Shown one piece after another: positions 48,229-58,647 of a stretch of 64,000 bases of DNA (positions are counted from its first letter, which is position 1; each line of letters opens with the position of its first letter). Below the pieces are notes generated by a model that saw nothing but the letters and a program-made list of their open reading frames with translations, made no database searches and was not told where the DNA came from. Source of the DNA: Bilabrum cf. latius. Its lineage: Eukaryota. The position numbers and the translations under genes are program-made. The DNA lies in assembly GCA_965178125.1 (NCBI GenBank), contig OZ237756.1, positions 310,001-374,000 on the forward strand, written 5' to 3'.

Positions 48229-51200
48229 CGCGCCCGCTCCACCGTCTCGCCCCAGCGGAGGTAATGGCGAGGCGAGAAGTTCCGAGAGAGAGCGTCCGCC
48301 ACGAAGTTGGCCTTGCTGCTCACGTGCTGCGAGAAGAGCTGGAAGTCATGGCGTGTCACGGTAGTGAACAACGGCCCCAACAGTCTGTTGAGGCACAGGC
48401 GGCGTGCAGAGCCCTTGCGAAGAGAAGTACACACAGGCAGATTGTCCCCGTACACGGTCACGTTCCTGCCCGCGAGCTCCGGTGCCCACCGCTGCACGAG
48501 GAGCACCACGGCCGCCAACTCGGCTTGCGGCATCTGACTGGGGCCCACAGTGCGTGGCCAGAATCCCTGGACGAGGCGCCGGCCGCGATGACTATCGCCC
48601 GGAGTGCCGTACAGCTGCAGTGTCCCCCCGAACCCTTCCTTGCTGGCGTCCACGTACATCACTGCCCGAGGTCCCCGATGTGGGGACGTGGGGAACCGGC
48701 GTGAGCGGTTGGCCTGCACGCTGGCACGCAGGGTCCTGAGTGTGTCGAGGATCGGCCGGTCCAGCTGGTGAGGGCCCCCCCGCAGCGGCATGCGGTGCTG
48801 GGCACACTGCAGGAGCCCGAGCTGGGGCTTCAGGCACACCAATGCCCCCGCTGCAAACCCCAACTCTCCGATGACGGACTTGAACTCCAACGACGTGGAC
48901 ACCGCCCCGGCCTCGATGATGGATGTCAAGCGCTTCACCAGAGCCTCCTACTTGGCCTGCGGCAGGGCGATCCGCAGTGCGGCGAGGTCCAGCTCGTACC
49001 CGAGGTAGGTGAGCACGGAGCGGGGATGTTCCCCACGCGCCTTGGACCGTGAGATGGGGAAGCCCAGGTACTCAGCCTCGGACATGAGCTGAGCCGTCAT
49101 CCATGGGGCCCGGGGTGCGGCAGCGAGAAGCAGCTGGTCGTCGCTGAAGACGGTGGTTGCACACGGCGCGCGCGGGAGGGCGAAGCTGCAACGCTCACGG
49201 AATCTGCGGTTGAAGGCGGTGCTGGTTAGACAGGCCCACCCCGGCGAGGACGCCGAGCCCATGCTGAGGACAGCGTAGAGAGCTGCCCGGTCCCCCGTCT
49301 TGGACCACATGTGACACGCGTCCGCCAGCCGAAGCTTGAGCGAGAAGAACCACTTGGAGAAGTCAATGGCGGCACCATGCATCGCCACCCCTGCTGGAAG
49401 CTAGCGGTGGAACTTCACGGCCTCCTTCATGACCACGGTGATGTCGTCGAGCAAGCACGGCGTGTACTGCCGGTAGTCCACAAAGCCATTCACGCCCTTC
49501 CCCGTGGTGGAGCTCTCGCGGGCGGACGCGTCCACGATGGCGCGATACTGCCCTGCGGCCTTCTTGGCGATGTAGCTGGTGAACGAGATGCGAGATGGCG
49601 GCACCTCGTGCTCGGCCAGTGGCACGATCCAGCCGGCACGGACAGCGGCACCGTGCGCCAGCTCAGCATGAGTGCGCGTGGCAGCGTCTGAGTAGCGTGT
49701 CTGCTCCACCGCCGCGTCCCGTGGACTGCCCGCGCCGGGGTCAGTGCAGAGTGGGAAGCCGTAGCGGATGCCGGCCACGGCCGCCTCATACAGAGACAGC
49801 GCCTGCCAAGCCGCCGGTCCCCGAGGTTCCGTCGGGGGACAGCGCACGCCGAAGAAGGACTCCAACCGGCGCAGACGAGCGCCCGTGCAGCGGTGGCCCC
49901 GGACAGAGCCGCGGGCGATGGCCACGTCAGCCATCGGGTCGAGGAGCAGTCGGTGTCTGGCGAACTCAGCAGCCGGAGCTGAGGACACGCGGCGCAGCGG
50001 CGCGGAGGTGAAGTCGGCCAAGCGGGTGGAGGGGATGTCCTCGGCCGTCCTGGCTGTGGGAAGCGGCGGCTCCGCAGCAGCGGCGGCAGCCATGCGGTGC
50101 AGCACTCGAGGCAGCGTGGAGCGTTGCCACGTTGCCCGGTCGCGACGTGCACGGTCCTGCACAGCAGGGTCCAGCAGAGAGGGCACCGGCTTCAAGCGGC
50201 GGGAGGAGCTAGCGATCGTCGCGGAGAGGCCGGCTGCCGTCAGGTGTGCCTGGGATGAGGCAGGACCCGTCCTGGTGATGGCTAAGTCCGAGGCGAGATC
50301 CGACCGTGCTGTCTGCCCGACCGCGCGTCCCTGCCAGGGCGCCACGCGAGCCCCACCAGCATGGCTGACACCGCCCGCCATGATCTCCTGCCTGCTCTCG
50401 ACTCCGCCACCACGGCTGACACCGTCCTCCACGATCTCCTGCCTGCTCTCGACTCCACCACGGCTGACACCGCCCTCCACGATCTCCTGCCTGCTCTCGA
50501 CTCCTCCACCACGGCTGACCCCGCTCTCCACGATCTCCTGCCTGCTCTCGACTCCTCCACCACGGCTGACCCCGCTCTCCACGATCTCCTGCCTGCTCTC
50601 GACTCCTCCACCACGGCTGACACCGCCCTCCACGATCTCCTGCCTGCTCTCGACTCCTCCACCACGGCTGACACCGTCCTCCACGATCTCCTGCCTGCTC
50701 TCGACACCTCCACCACGGCTGACACCGTCCTCCACGATCTCCTGCCTGCTCTCGACTCCTCCACCACGGCTGACACCGCTCGCCACGATCGCCTGCCTGC
50801 TCTCGACTCCTCCACCACGGCTGACCCCGCCCTCCACGATCTCCTGCCTGCTCTCGACTCCTCCACCACGGCTGACACCGTCCTCCACGATCCCCTGCCT
50901 GCTCTCGACTCCTCCACCACGGCTGACACCGTCCTGCACGATCTCCTGCCTGCTCTCGACTCCTCCACCACGGCTGACACCGCCCTCCACGATCGCCGGC
51001 CTGCTCGCGACTCCTCCACCACGGCTGACACCGTCCTCCACGATCGCCTGCCTGCTCTCGACGCCGCCAGTGCCGCTGATATGGTCCGCCCCGACCGCAT
51101 CACGTGCACCCCTGCGGTTCGCCGCGGAGTTGGTGGCGGCAAGTGCACGATGGCCGGCCCGGTGGGCCCGTGACCATAACGTCGGCAATTTCCAAGATGA

Positions 51201-52094
51201 CCAGAAGCGCCCCCTGGCTTGGGGCGCCGTTGCATTGCGTGGCGGTCTGTACGACCGCCCCCGCACCTCAGCCCCTCCGTGCCGAGGTCTACAGATCTGC
51301 CCGGTGGGCAGACTGGGTCCCTCCTTCCCTCCCGCCCCATCCTCCGTTGGGGCACGAGTGAGCTTCGCCTCTCCAGTGAGGCTAGCTGCCGCAAATTGCA
51401 ACGAGGCACCCGAGGGCACCTGCTGCGCGGGAGTCGATCCTGTCACTCCCCAAGCCGCGTCCTGCAGTGCAGCATCCTCCCCGTGCTGCCCGCCGAGCCC
51501 CCAGCCCCCCGCTGTGGCCCTCCCATTCCACGTGACCGGTGCTGCCGGCCACCACGTCGATCCAAATGTCAAACTGCCCCCCCAGCCCCAGGTCTGTCCC
51601 CACGGACCCTGCCCAGGCCATCCCCCCCATCGCCAGCACCCACCGGCGCCATCCCCCGCAGGGGCTGCACCCCCCCACGGTGCACCCCACGGAGATGGCC
51701 AGCCGCGACCCCACCGGCGCGCGGCTGCACCCAGGACGGGGAGACGGCCACATGGCCGCCACCCCGCCGCCCGTGCATCCCGCGTGCGCCCTGCCACCCG
51801 CTCCACCGGCGCCCCGTCAGCGCACCCCATCATCTCGCCGTCCGCCGCCCCCCCGGCGGCCCTCCGCACCTCGCTGCCCGCCCGCACCACCACCGCTGCC
51901 GCCGGTCCCGCCGCCACCCCGGCGTCCATCCCCCCCGCCCCTGCCGCCCGCGACGCCCGCGCCCTCACCGCCACCTCCCCGGCCGCCGCCGCCACCCGGC
52001 GGATGCCAGCGCCCGTCCTACGCCGGCATCGCCTCTGGTGGCGACGGCGGAGGCCGTGCCGAGCGTGAACACCCAGCGCGGCCCCCTTGGCTAG
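48066..52094 (-). CDS. reverse transcriptase + RNase H (Ngaro ORF2) with long N-terminal repeat region
   Basis: Frame open through TAGs at 49401 and 48948. RT motifs YRAIVDAS, IDFSKWF, LSMGSASSP, FSDD and YLGYELD; RNase H motifs YVDAS, QAELAA, GDN and NFVADALSR. Confidence 0.88.
50361..51069 (-). repeat. 51-bp coding tandem repeat, about 14 copies, in Ngaro ORF2
   Basis: Encodes GGGVESRQEIVEDGVSR variants; one unit is 3 nt shorter, which keeps the frame. Confidence 0.95.
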
Positions 52095-54077
52095 TCAGTC
52101 ACCGAAGATGGACCGCCAGTCGCGATCCACATTGGGGGTGCCGTCGGCGCGGCGCCGCGACGTGTCCGGTTCCGCATCGATGTCGGCCACTCGCTGCATG
52201 CACTCGACCAGCAGTCCAGGGACACCGTTCACGGTGTCGAAGGGGGCCAGGAGCCGGGTCAGATCGGCGTGAGGCAGCGGAGAGGTGGCCGGGTCACGCC
52301 ACCAGCGGCTGCCCGCTGCCCACGCCGCGCAGCTGCGGAGGCGATCACCCGCGCGCAGCACGTTCTAGCCGGGGGTGAGCTCGGAGCCCGCCGCGGTGTC
52401 ATACACCCAGCACATCACCTGCTCCGGGACCGAGGTGGCCTGCCGGAGGGGAGTGGTGGTCCCCACCGTCGCGACCATCCTTGCCATGGAGCTCGAGCGG
52501 GCCCACAGGTCACCCACCGTGCCCAGCTCCGGCGTGGCCAGGTCACGGCTGCGAGGGGCGCCTGGCTGCGAGGCGTGCCCGATGAGCGTGCGCCGCATGG
52601 CCAGGGCTTGGCACGACCGATGCACCCAGATGCCCTGCACGACTGCTGCCAGCTTGCCCGAGCCGCTGCCTGCCCCCGCCCGGAGCAGCCCGATGGTGGC
52701 GTACGGTTCACGCCGCTGCAGGGCGGACCCCAGGGCTGTCACCGCGGTGACGAAGGAGGCCAGGGCTGCCTTGCCCGCAGATGGGGCCTTCAGGGCGCGC
52801 TCGCCGGCCTTGCCACCACACACCGCGTCCACCATGGCAGCCAGGACGTCAGCGAACTAGGCAGGGCAGCGCAGGGGCTCCAGCGTGAGCAGCCTGAGGT
52901 CGTGCTCCAGAGCCGCACGAAGGAAAGTGCGGACCCCCTCGCGCACGAGGCGGCTGTCTGGGGGCGGCGCGGCCCCCGTGGCGTCGATCAGTGCGGCCGT
53001 CGTGTGAGCCAGCGAGGTGCCTGTGGGGGAGCTAGAGGGTTCAGGGACGGAGCCAGCCGTGACCGTGTACGTGGGGGGACAAGCGTCGGTTGCAACCGTC
53101 TCACCGGGGGGTTGGGCCGCCGTGGGCCGGGGGAACGCCGCCGCCTCGCCCATAGCGACGAGGAGCGGTAAGACGGAGCCGCCCTCCAGCGGGCGCTTGC
53201 GGTACAGGTCAGTGGCCTGCTGAGCCAGCTCCTGGATGGCGTCGCGTGGGGCCATAGCTGCCAGCATGTGGAACAGACCGAGCGGGGCTGCGGGGCCGGC
53301 GGAGTACTTCAAGCCGCGCAGAATGACCTCAGCCCAGAGTGCCGGGACTCCGGTCTACAGGCGAGTCTGGAGCCGGCGGGCCGCCTCGGCGAACTCGGCA
53401 CGATGGACGTCAGGTAGCGGCGGCAGGGGCCCACTCAGGGCGGGCAGCGAGCCCACATCGATGACCAGCAGGAAATCACCCATCAGCGCCGCGGCGTTGG
53501 CCAGCACGGAACGAGCGGGCCCGCGCCCAAGTGCATGCCCCGCCGACTTGCCCAGAGCCACAGCCTCATCGTCATCCGCTTGGCCCAGCGGGATCCCATC
53601 CAAAGAGCCGGCGTCCGCGTCCGGCACGGCGTCCGCCTTGGGCAGCTGAATGTCCTCACAGATAGAGTCGAGGCGCGTGGACAGCAGCGGAAAATTTGCA
53701 TGCGTCACGGTCAGGAATGAAGTAACGTAGTCCCGAATCTCCGTCTGCAGGGCTTCGAATTCCGCGGACCCCAGGCTTTCGGGATCGATGGAGGCCAGCG
53801 CGATGGTCATGTCGCCAAGTCGGCGCGTCGCCCAGCGGTCATCCCAGAGGCAACGAGGCTCCGCGTCCCCAGACGATTTACTCGAGCGAGCAGCAGTCGA
53901 ATCAGCTGGAGCAGCTGCGTCTGGCACTGCGGTTTGCAGCCACTTCACTGTCAACGGACCGGACAAGTCTTGCAACGGGGCCAGGATTAGCCGAAATGCC
54001 TCACCAGCCCGCCCTGTGCGGAGTGCAACCTGTACAGGGGCAACATATTCAGCCATTCCCGTAGCTGCAGAAGACAT
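52095..54077 (-). CDS. Ngaro ORF1 (gag-position protein), 660 aa
   Basis: Four track ORFs in one frame joined by TAG; ATG directly after repeat A1; TGA at 52095. Confidence 0.75.
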
Positions 54078-54083
54078 AGCTGC

Positions 54084-54713
54084 GGACAGTCCGCCCCGAA
54101 TCGACTGGTTCTCCTCAGTCGCGTCTCGCGCATGCTATACCACACTCGCCACAAATGTACACGCTACCCCAATCCTTGCATCGTCTGCGCCTCCAGGCTC
54201 GCTCCGATGCCTCCCCTTCTAGTCCTGCCCCATTCTGATCTGCTGTCTCCCTACGCACCCGTACGTCTCAGCCTTCGCCAGAAATCCTACTGCCTTGTGG
54301 TCTGGCCCCACTCGGCTGCCTCCGCTGCCCCTCCCTCCCCATGGGCCTCCACGCTCCCGAGCCCTACTGGCTTGCTCGGGCCTGTCCGTGCCCCTTCGTC
54401 GTCCCCGCCACGCGTCTGGTTAACCGCGCTCGGGGCATCCCGATCCTCCCCTTTCCTCCGTTCATCTTGGAATCCCCCTCTCCGTCGCCTCCCCCGGTGC
54501 CACCCGACCCCTTGGTGGGCCGCCGCCCGTCCACCCTGTCACCTCCGCCAAGCTCCCCCGTCTGCTCCTGTCCCCCTCTCACCTGGCCCCCTCGCTGTCA
54601 CCTCCCGCCGTTGTTGTCCTCCACCTGCACGTGCGCTGCTGCTGTACCCTCCCCGTCGGAGCCCCCATCGCTGTCTCACAGCCCTCAATCCCAATGTCTG
54701 ATGACACAGATAA
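54084..54713. repeat. Ngaro repeat A1 (630 bp)
   Basis: Direct repeat of 46349-46978; both give identical 189-aa translations in the ORF track. Confidence 0.95.
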
Positions 54714-54994
54714 GTAATCTCTTTATGTTTCTTTTCCTATGCTTTTTCATACAAGTATTTGATGTCTTCGTCTAGGGGTTCGACCTGTTTGATTAAGTGT
54801 CGTGCTAATAAATCCATTTTCCTCTGCGGAAATCGTTTCCCTGTAAGTGATGATACTTGAAAATCCTAAAATGACATACTATCATCTCCAAATTGGTTGT
54901 CTGTGTTTTCCGCCGTGTATAAAATACGTTTTCCGTGAGTGTCATATGCGATGGGTGTTGATTTTGTAGTTTCCTTCCAAGAAAAATGAGCCAT
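54714..54994 (-). CDS. packaging ATPase, 5' part
   Basis: MAHFSWKETTKSTPIAY...KHKEIT joins in frame to LK[Q]GEFQSLP at 46154 when the Ngaro is removed (903 nt, 300 aa). Confidence 0.88.
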
Positions 54995-55183
54995 TTTAGT
55001 GTATTTACTATATGTTTTTATTTTTTCTAAAGTGTTTTGTCTTTTTGTTGAAAACTTATTTTGAATGATTGTCTTTTATGCTATCCACAAATTCCAAAAC
55101 GGATTTTGTAGAAATACTTCTACGCTTAAATAGTGGTTAAGAGAATTCATCTCCCCCAATATATGTTTCTATAATAAATATAT

Positions 55184-55720
55184 ATGGATTATGCTCTTAG
55201 CGATAGTGATATTCGTGTTCTCCTCCAAACTCCACCAAATATTAAGGGGTTTCTTCCTACGTCGGTAAACATCGTTCCATATACAGAATTAGGATAGTAC
55301 AATAGTATTGATGGATTATTTAGTCGTTGTAATTGTTGTATCATTCTATACCAAGAAGAAATAAATTCTGGACACTGGGTGTGCTTATTTAAGCGTAATA
55401 AAACAATATACTTCTTTGACAGTTATGGAATTCGTCCTGATAGGCAATAGCACACAATGAGTGAAAGCGTGCGGAAACGTTTTTATGAAGACCCTGAGTT
55501 AATATATTTAATGTATCATTCTCCGTATAAGATTGACTATAACCCATATTAGTTTTAGGCGGATGGAATGGATATAGCAACCTGCGGGAGACATTGTATA
55601 GTTCGTCTTTGGAATAGGGGAAAAAACGCTGATTAGTATAAAAAGTGGGTGGATAAGGTTTGTAAGAAACATACATTAAATCCTGATGAATTAGTGTATT
55701 TATTGACGTGTCATTTATGA
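55184..55720 (+). CDS. virophage maturation cysteine protease (adenain/Ulp1-like), 178 aa
   Basis: SGHWV (His), YFFDSYG (Asp) and Y[Q]F[Q]ADGMDIATCGRHC (oxyanion Gln, Cys). Confidence 0.92.
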
Positions 55721-55999
55721 ACTCCAAAGGTAAAAATGTGAGAAGAACTTTGGGGTTCTTGGTTTTACTTCGATACCGTGTCGTTTGAAGTATCTAAATT
55801 GGCGGTCCGTATCTAAATGATTTAAATGGCTGTAATACCCTATTCTATCGTAAAATTGCTAATACCGCCTATCACCAAACGATGTAATATATTCATCATT
55901 TTCGTCAAAAACATCATACTTCTTATTCTTGCGTCTTGAGGGTGCTTTAAATAGAAAATTCTCAACAACCTTTTCAAAATCGTAGGTATGTAGCTTCAT
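55715..55999 (-). CDS. small viral protein resembling DUF5754-type family, 94 aa
   Basis: KKYDV...SFGDRRY[Q]QFYD...HLDTDRQFRYFKRH...FFSHFYLW pattern, recalled from large DNA virus and virophage proteins. Confidence 0.65.
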
Positions 56000-56030
56000 A
56001 AGTACTTTATAGTATAGTCTTCTACTTATA

Positions 56031-56144
56031 TCAAAGCCCGAGCTTCTTGTATTCCTTTAGTTTTTCGTGTAATTTTTTCCAAATACGTGGATTAATTTGC
56101 TTGACAATATGCTCTATCATCAACTCCTTTAAAAATGGGTTCAT
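56031..56144 (-). CDS. 37-aa ORF
   Basis: MNPFLKELMIEHIVKQINPRIWKKLHEKLKEYKKLGL, preceded by the viral CTATAGTAAATG motif. Confidence 0.5.
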   Translation of the reverse strand: MNPFLKELMIEHIVKQINPRIWKKLHEKLKEYKKLGL

Positions 56145-56292
56145 TTACTATAGTGATATAGAATGGTCTTAATTATCATCTCTTGGGAAATCCAATCTTT
56201 GAAAAAGATATCAAAAGAGCGGAGGGCAAAGCCCGAGCATCTTGGAAAATTAATTTTAATATTTCTTTGTATCCTATATTGTCAAAATTTTT

Positions 56293-57116
56293 CAATCAAT
56301 TTTTGTGTTTTTAATTGGAAAACAATTATAATTTGTTTTTTATTTTCCTTTTAATTTTTATGGTGGCATCATAGGAATTACAACATTTAATTTTAATCTT
56401 TGAAAAAGATATCAAAAGAGCGGAGGGCAAAGCCCGAGCATCTTGGGAACTTAATTTATTTTTTCTAAGTCTCTTATAATTGACCTGTAAAATCTCTCAA
56501 TTTTTGGGGGACTTTTCCAAAGGGACTTAAAATACGTTTTCGTTTTCCTTATAATGTATCATCTCTTGGGTAATCGGTTTGGTTGCTTCGGAGAACAATT
56601 TAGTCGCTTGGGAAATCCTTGGGAAATCCTTGGGAAATCCTTGGTCGGTTCATCGGTCGGTTCATCGGTCGGTTTATCGGTTTGTCGCTTGGGAACATAC
56701 CTCGGTCTCTTGATAAAATACCTTGTTCTCTTGGGGAAATCCTCGGTTGGTCTCTTGGTCTCTTGGGAATTCATCCTTCCGTTCCTACAGCAAACACAGA
56801 GATATTTTGGACACTTGGTTAATTTCTTCATTTTTTCCTACTTTACTAAAACATCTCTGTCTTTGCTGTTAGAGTTTATAAGGGGGTTAAATATTAGAAT
56901 TCTTCAATTTACCCCTACTTCGTAGGAGTAAATTTTATATCTGAAAATGGGTACATAGAGGGGTTCTATAGGGGTTCTTGGGGAACCCCCTGTGAAATCA
57001 TTTAGGTTTATAGGGGAAACACTTGAGTTGCTAAATATGCCTTTAAAGGAGGGGCGAGCGTAGCGTAGCCCTCGTCCTAAACGCTTGGTGTACCTACCAC
57101 CACCTGTTGTCCCCCC
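56293..57116 (-). repeat. right terminal inverted repeat (about 824 bp)
   Basis: Reverse complement of the left TIR, with 3 rather than 6 copies of the 11-mer and without the extra ~200-bp block. Confidence 0.93.
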
Positions 57117-58629
57117 CGAAAGCGAACCTGGTGGGGTCTCCACCGGGACAGCATCCGCCCCGATGTCCATGCTGCTCTCTGGATCGAATCCAGCACCACT
57201 CGATGGTCCGTCACTAGTAGCACGGGAGCCGGGGCCACTGGAGGCTTCCGCAAGCAGGCGAACGTGCTCTTCTTCGAAGTAACCTGCGTTCCGCTGAATG
57301 TGCCCGGCGGCGGCGAAAGAGCCCTATGCCGCCGGGGTTGTCTGCTTGACAGAAGCGATGGCTTCGTGGCACCAAAAAGATATTGTAGATCCAGCTGCTG
57401 CAACCGATCCCGCCGCGGTGGCGTTGGCATCGTCGGCCGATCTAGATCCGCCGAGTGGCGCTGCCTGCGCGATGCCCGCCTTCTCACGCAGAGCTGCAGA
57501 TAGCAGCTCCTCTGGCCGGCCAGTTGGCTTCATTGCCATGCTACTCAGCATCTCCGCGAGGTCCGCAGGCAGCGGGTCATCCGATACTGCGCCTGGAGCA
57601 ATAGTGGAGTATCCGATGTTGTAGTATGGTGGGCCGCTGCCAGGCTCACCGATCAGCCGGATGCTCAGCCGATGACCGTACCTCTCGGTCCTCTGCAAAG
57701 CACGGTATCTTCCGCTGAGGGAATGCTTGCATGAAATCACTTCGACGTATAGTCCGCTGTCTAGCGCGTCTTGCACGAGGCGGGGGAATTGGAATACCGT
57801 GTCCTGGCTGAATCCCGATGTGTTGCCGTCACCTGTACGTACGAGGGGTAAATAATCGAAGAATGCGGATATTTACGATTCGATCTACAATTATCAATTC
57901 GAAAACGTGAGTGGATGTAGAGTGTAAACGGTACAGTGTCAACTAAGAGCTCACCAGTGCACAGCACGAGAACGAATCTGTGCTTCTCCTGCGCGTTCGC
58001 CCCAGACTCTATTTCTTTCTACACGATTGCATGCTACTTAAGCAATTCTCTCATTCCAACCTTGGCGAAGTCCCGAACTTTCAAATCGACTGTCTGTTCG
58101 CCTGATCCTGGCCTGCGAAGCTCGATTGCCACCTCGGGCCTGCAGTCGAGACTTCTGAACGCGGCTTCATCCGCACGTTTGTCATCCACGCTAGTCCGAG
58201 ACCCAAAAATACCAATCATATTTTTACCGTTGGAGTCCGCAATGATACGACGCTGTCGCATGACAGAGTGTATGAACGCCTAGATGTCGACCGTGTGTCC
58301 GGCAGTCTTTGCCGGAAGCCAAACGTTCGACCAATCGACTGCGACTGCAATAGTCTGCAACGTATCGTCATATGCATTGCCAGTTGATATGGCCCTTTTC
58401 AGTGTTGCTGCCATCATGCTGCGGTTGCCAAGCAGGTCAGTTGTGATCCAGCTAGCTTTGTTGGACAAATGGATAACACGAGAGGTAAGGTGTGTTTTGC
58501 AGCCCTGGCCAATCCATTGAGTGCCCCGACTCTTGTACTACGTCTGGTACGATACATGCGGCGAAACAAAACCGAGGTCTGAGCACGCACCACAAAAACC
58601 ATAAAGTCAGGCGCACAATCACCCATCAT
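57117..58629 (-). CDS. 5' part of the DEAH helicase-RBR gene (two predicted 44-nt introns: 58579-58622, 57833-57876)
   Basis: ...ETPPGSLS joins in frame to SLRVVYAIASDY at 31385 after removing the provirus and one TSD copy. The GT-AG introns reconcile the frames. Confidence 0.8.
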
Positions 58630-58647
58630 GAACGCTCTTACTAGCAG

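Larger units (their letters stand above)
46155..54713 (-). mobile_element. Ngaro-type tyrosine-recombinase (DIRS-order) retrotransposon, 8559 bp
   Basis: GC-rich island with split direct repeats A1 (54084-54713), B1 (46979-47065), A2 (46349-46978) and B2 (46155-46241); ORF1, RT-RNaseH and YR on the minus strand; no TSD. Confidence 0.93.
31392..57116. mobile_element. endogenous virophage (integrated Maveriviricetes/Lavidaviridae-like provirus), about 17.2 kb excluding nested Ngaro
   Basis: Sharp drop to AT-rich sequence, TIRs starting GGGGGGACAACAGG and ending CCTGTTGTCCCCCC, 6-bp TSD CGAAAG (31386-31391 and 57117-57122), all four virophage morphogenesis genes, plus rve integrase and pPolB. 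Confidence 0.95.

Noticed and set aside
46349-54713. LTR retrotransposon with 630-bp LTRs
   Set aside because: There is no DDE integrase or TSD. The tyrosine recombinase and the additional B repeats give the Ngaro split-repeat layout.
31392-57116. Degraded/pseudogenised provirus with many nonsense mutations
   Set aside because: All interruptions seen are TAG, with no frameshifts or TAA/TGA. The same pattern holds in host genes, and TAG sits at Gln-type positions.
31392-57116. Polinton/Maverick or bacterial prophage/contaminant contig
   Set aside because: The capsid, penton and ATPase look virophage-type, and the TSD plus in-frame host gene on both flanks show true integration.
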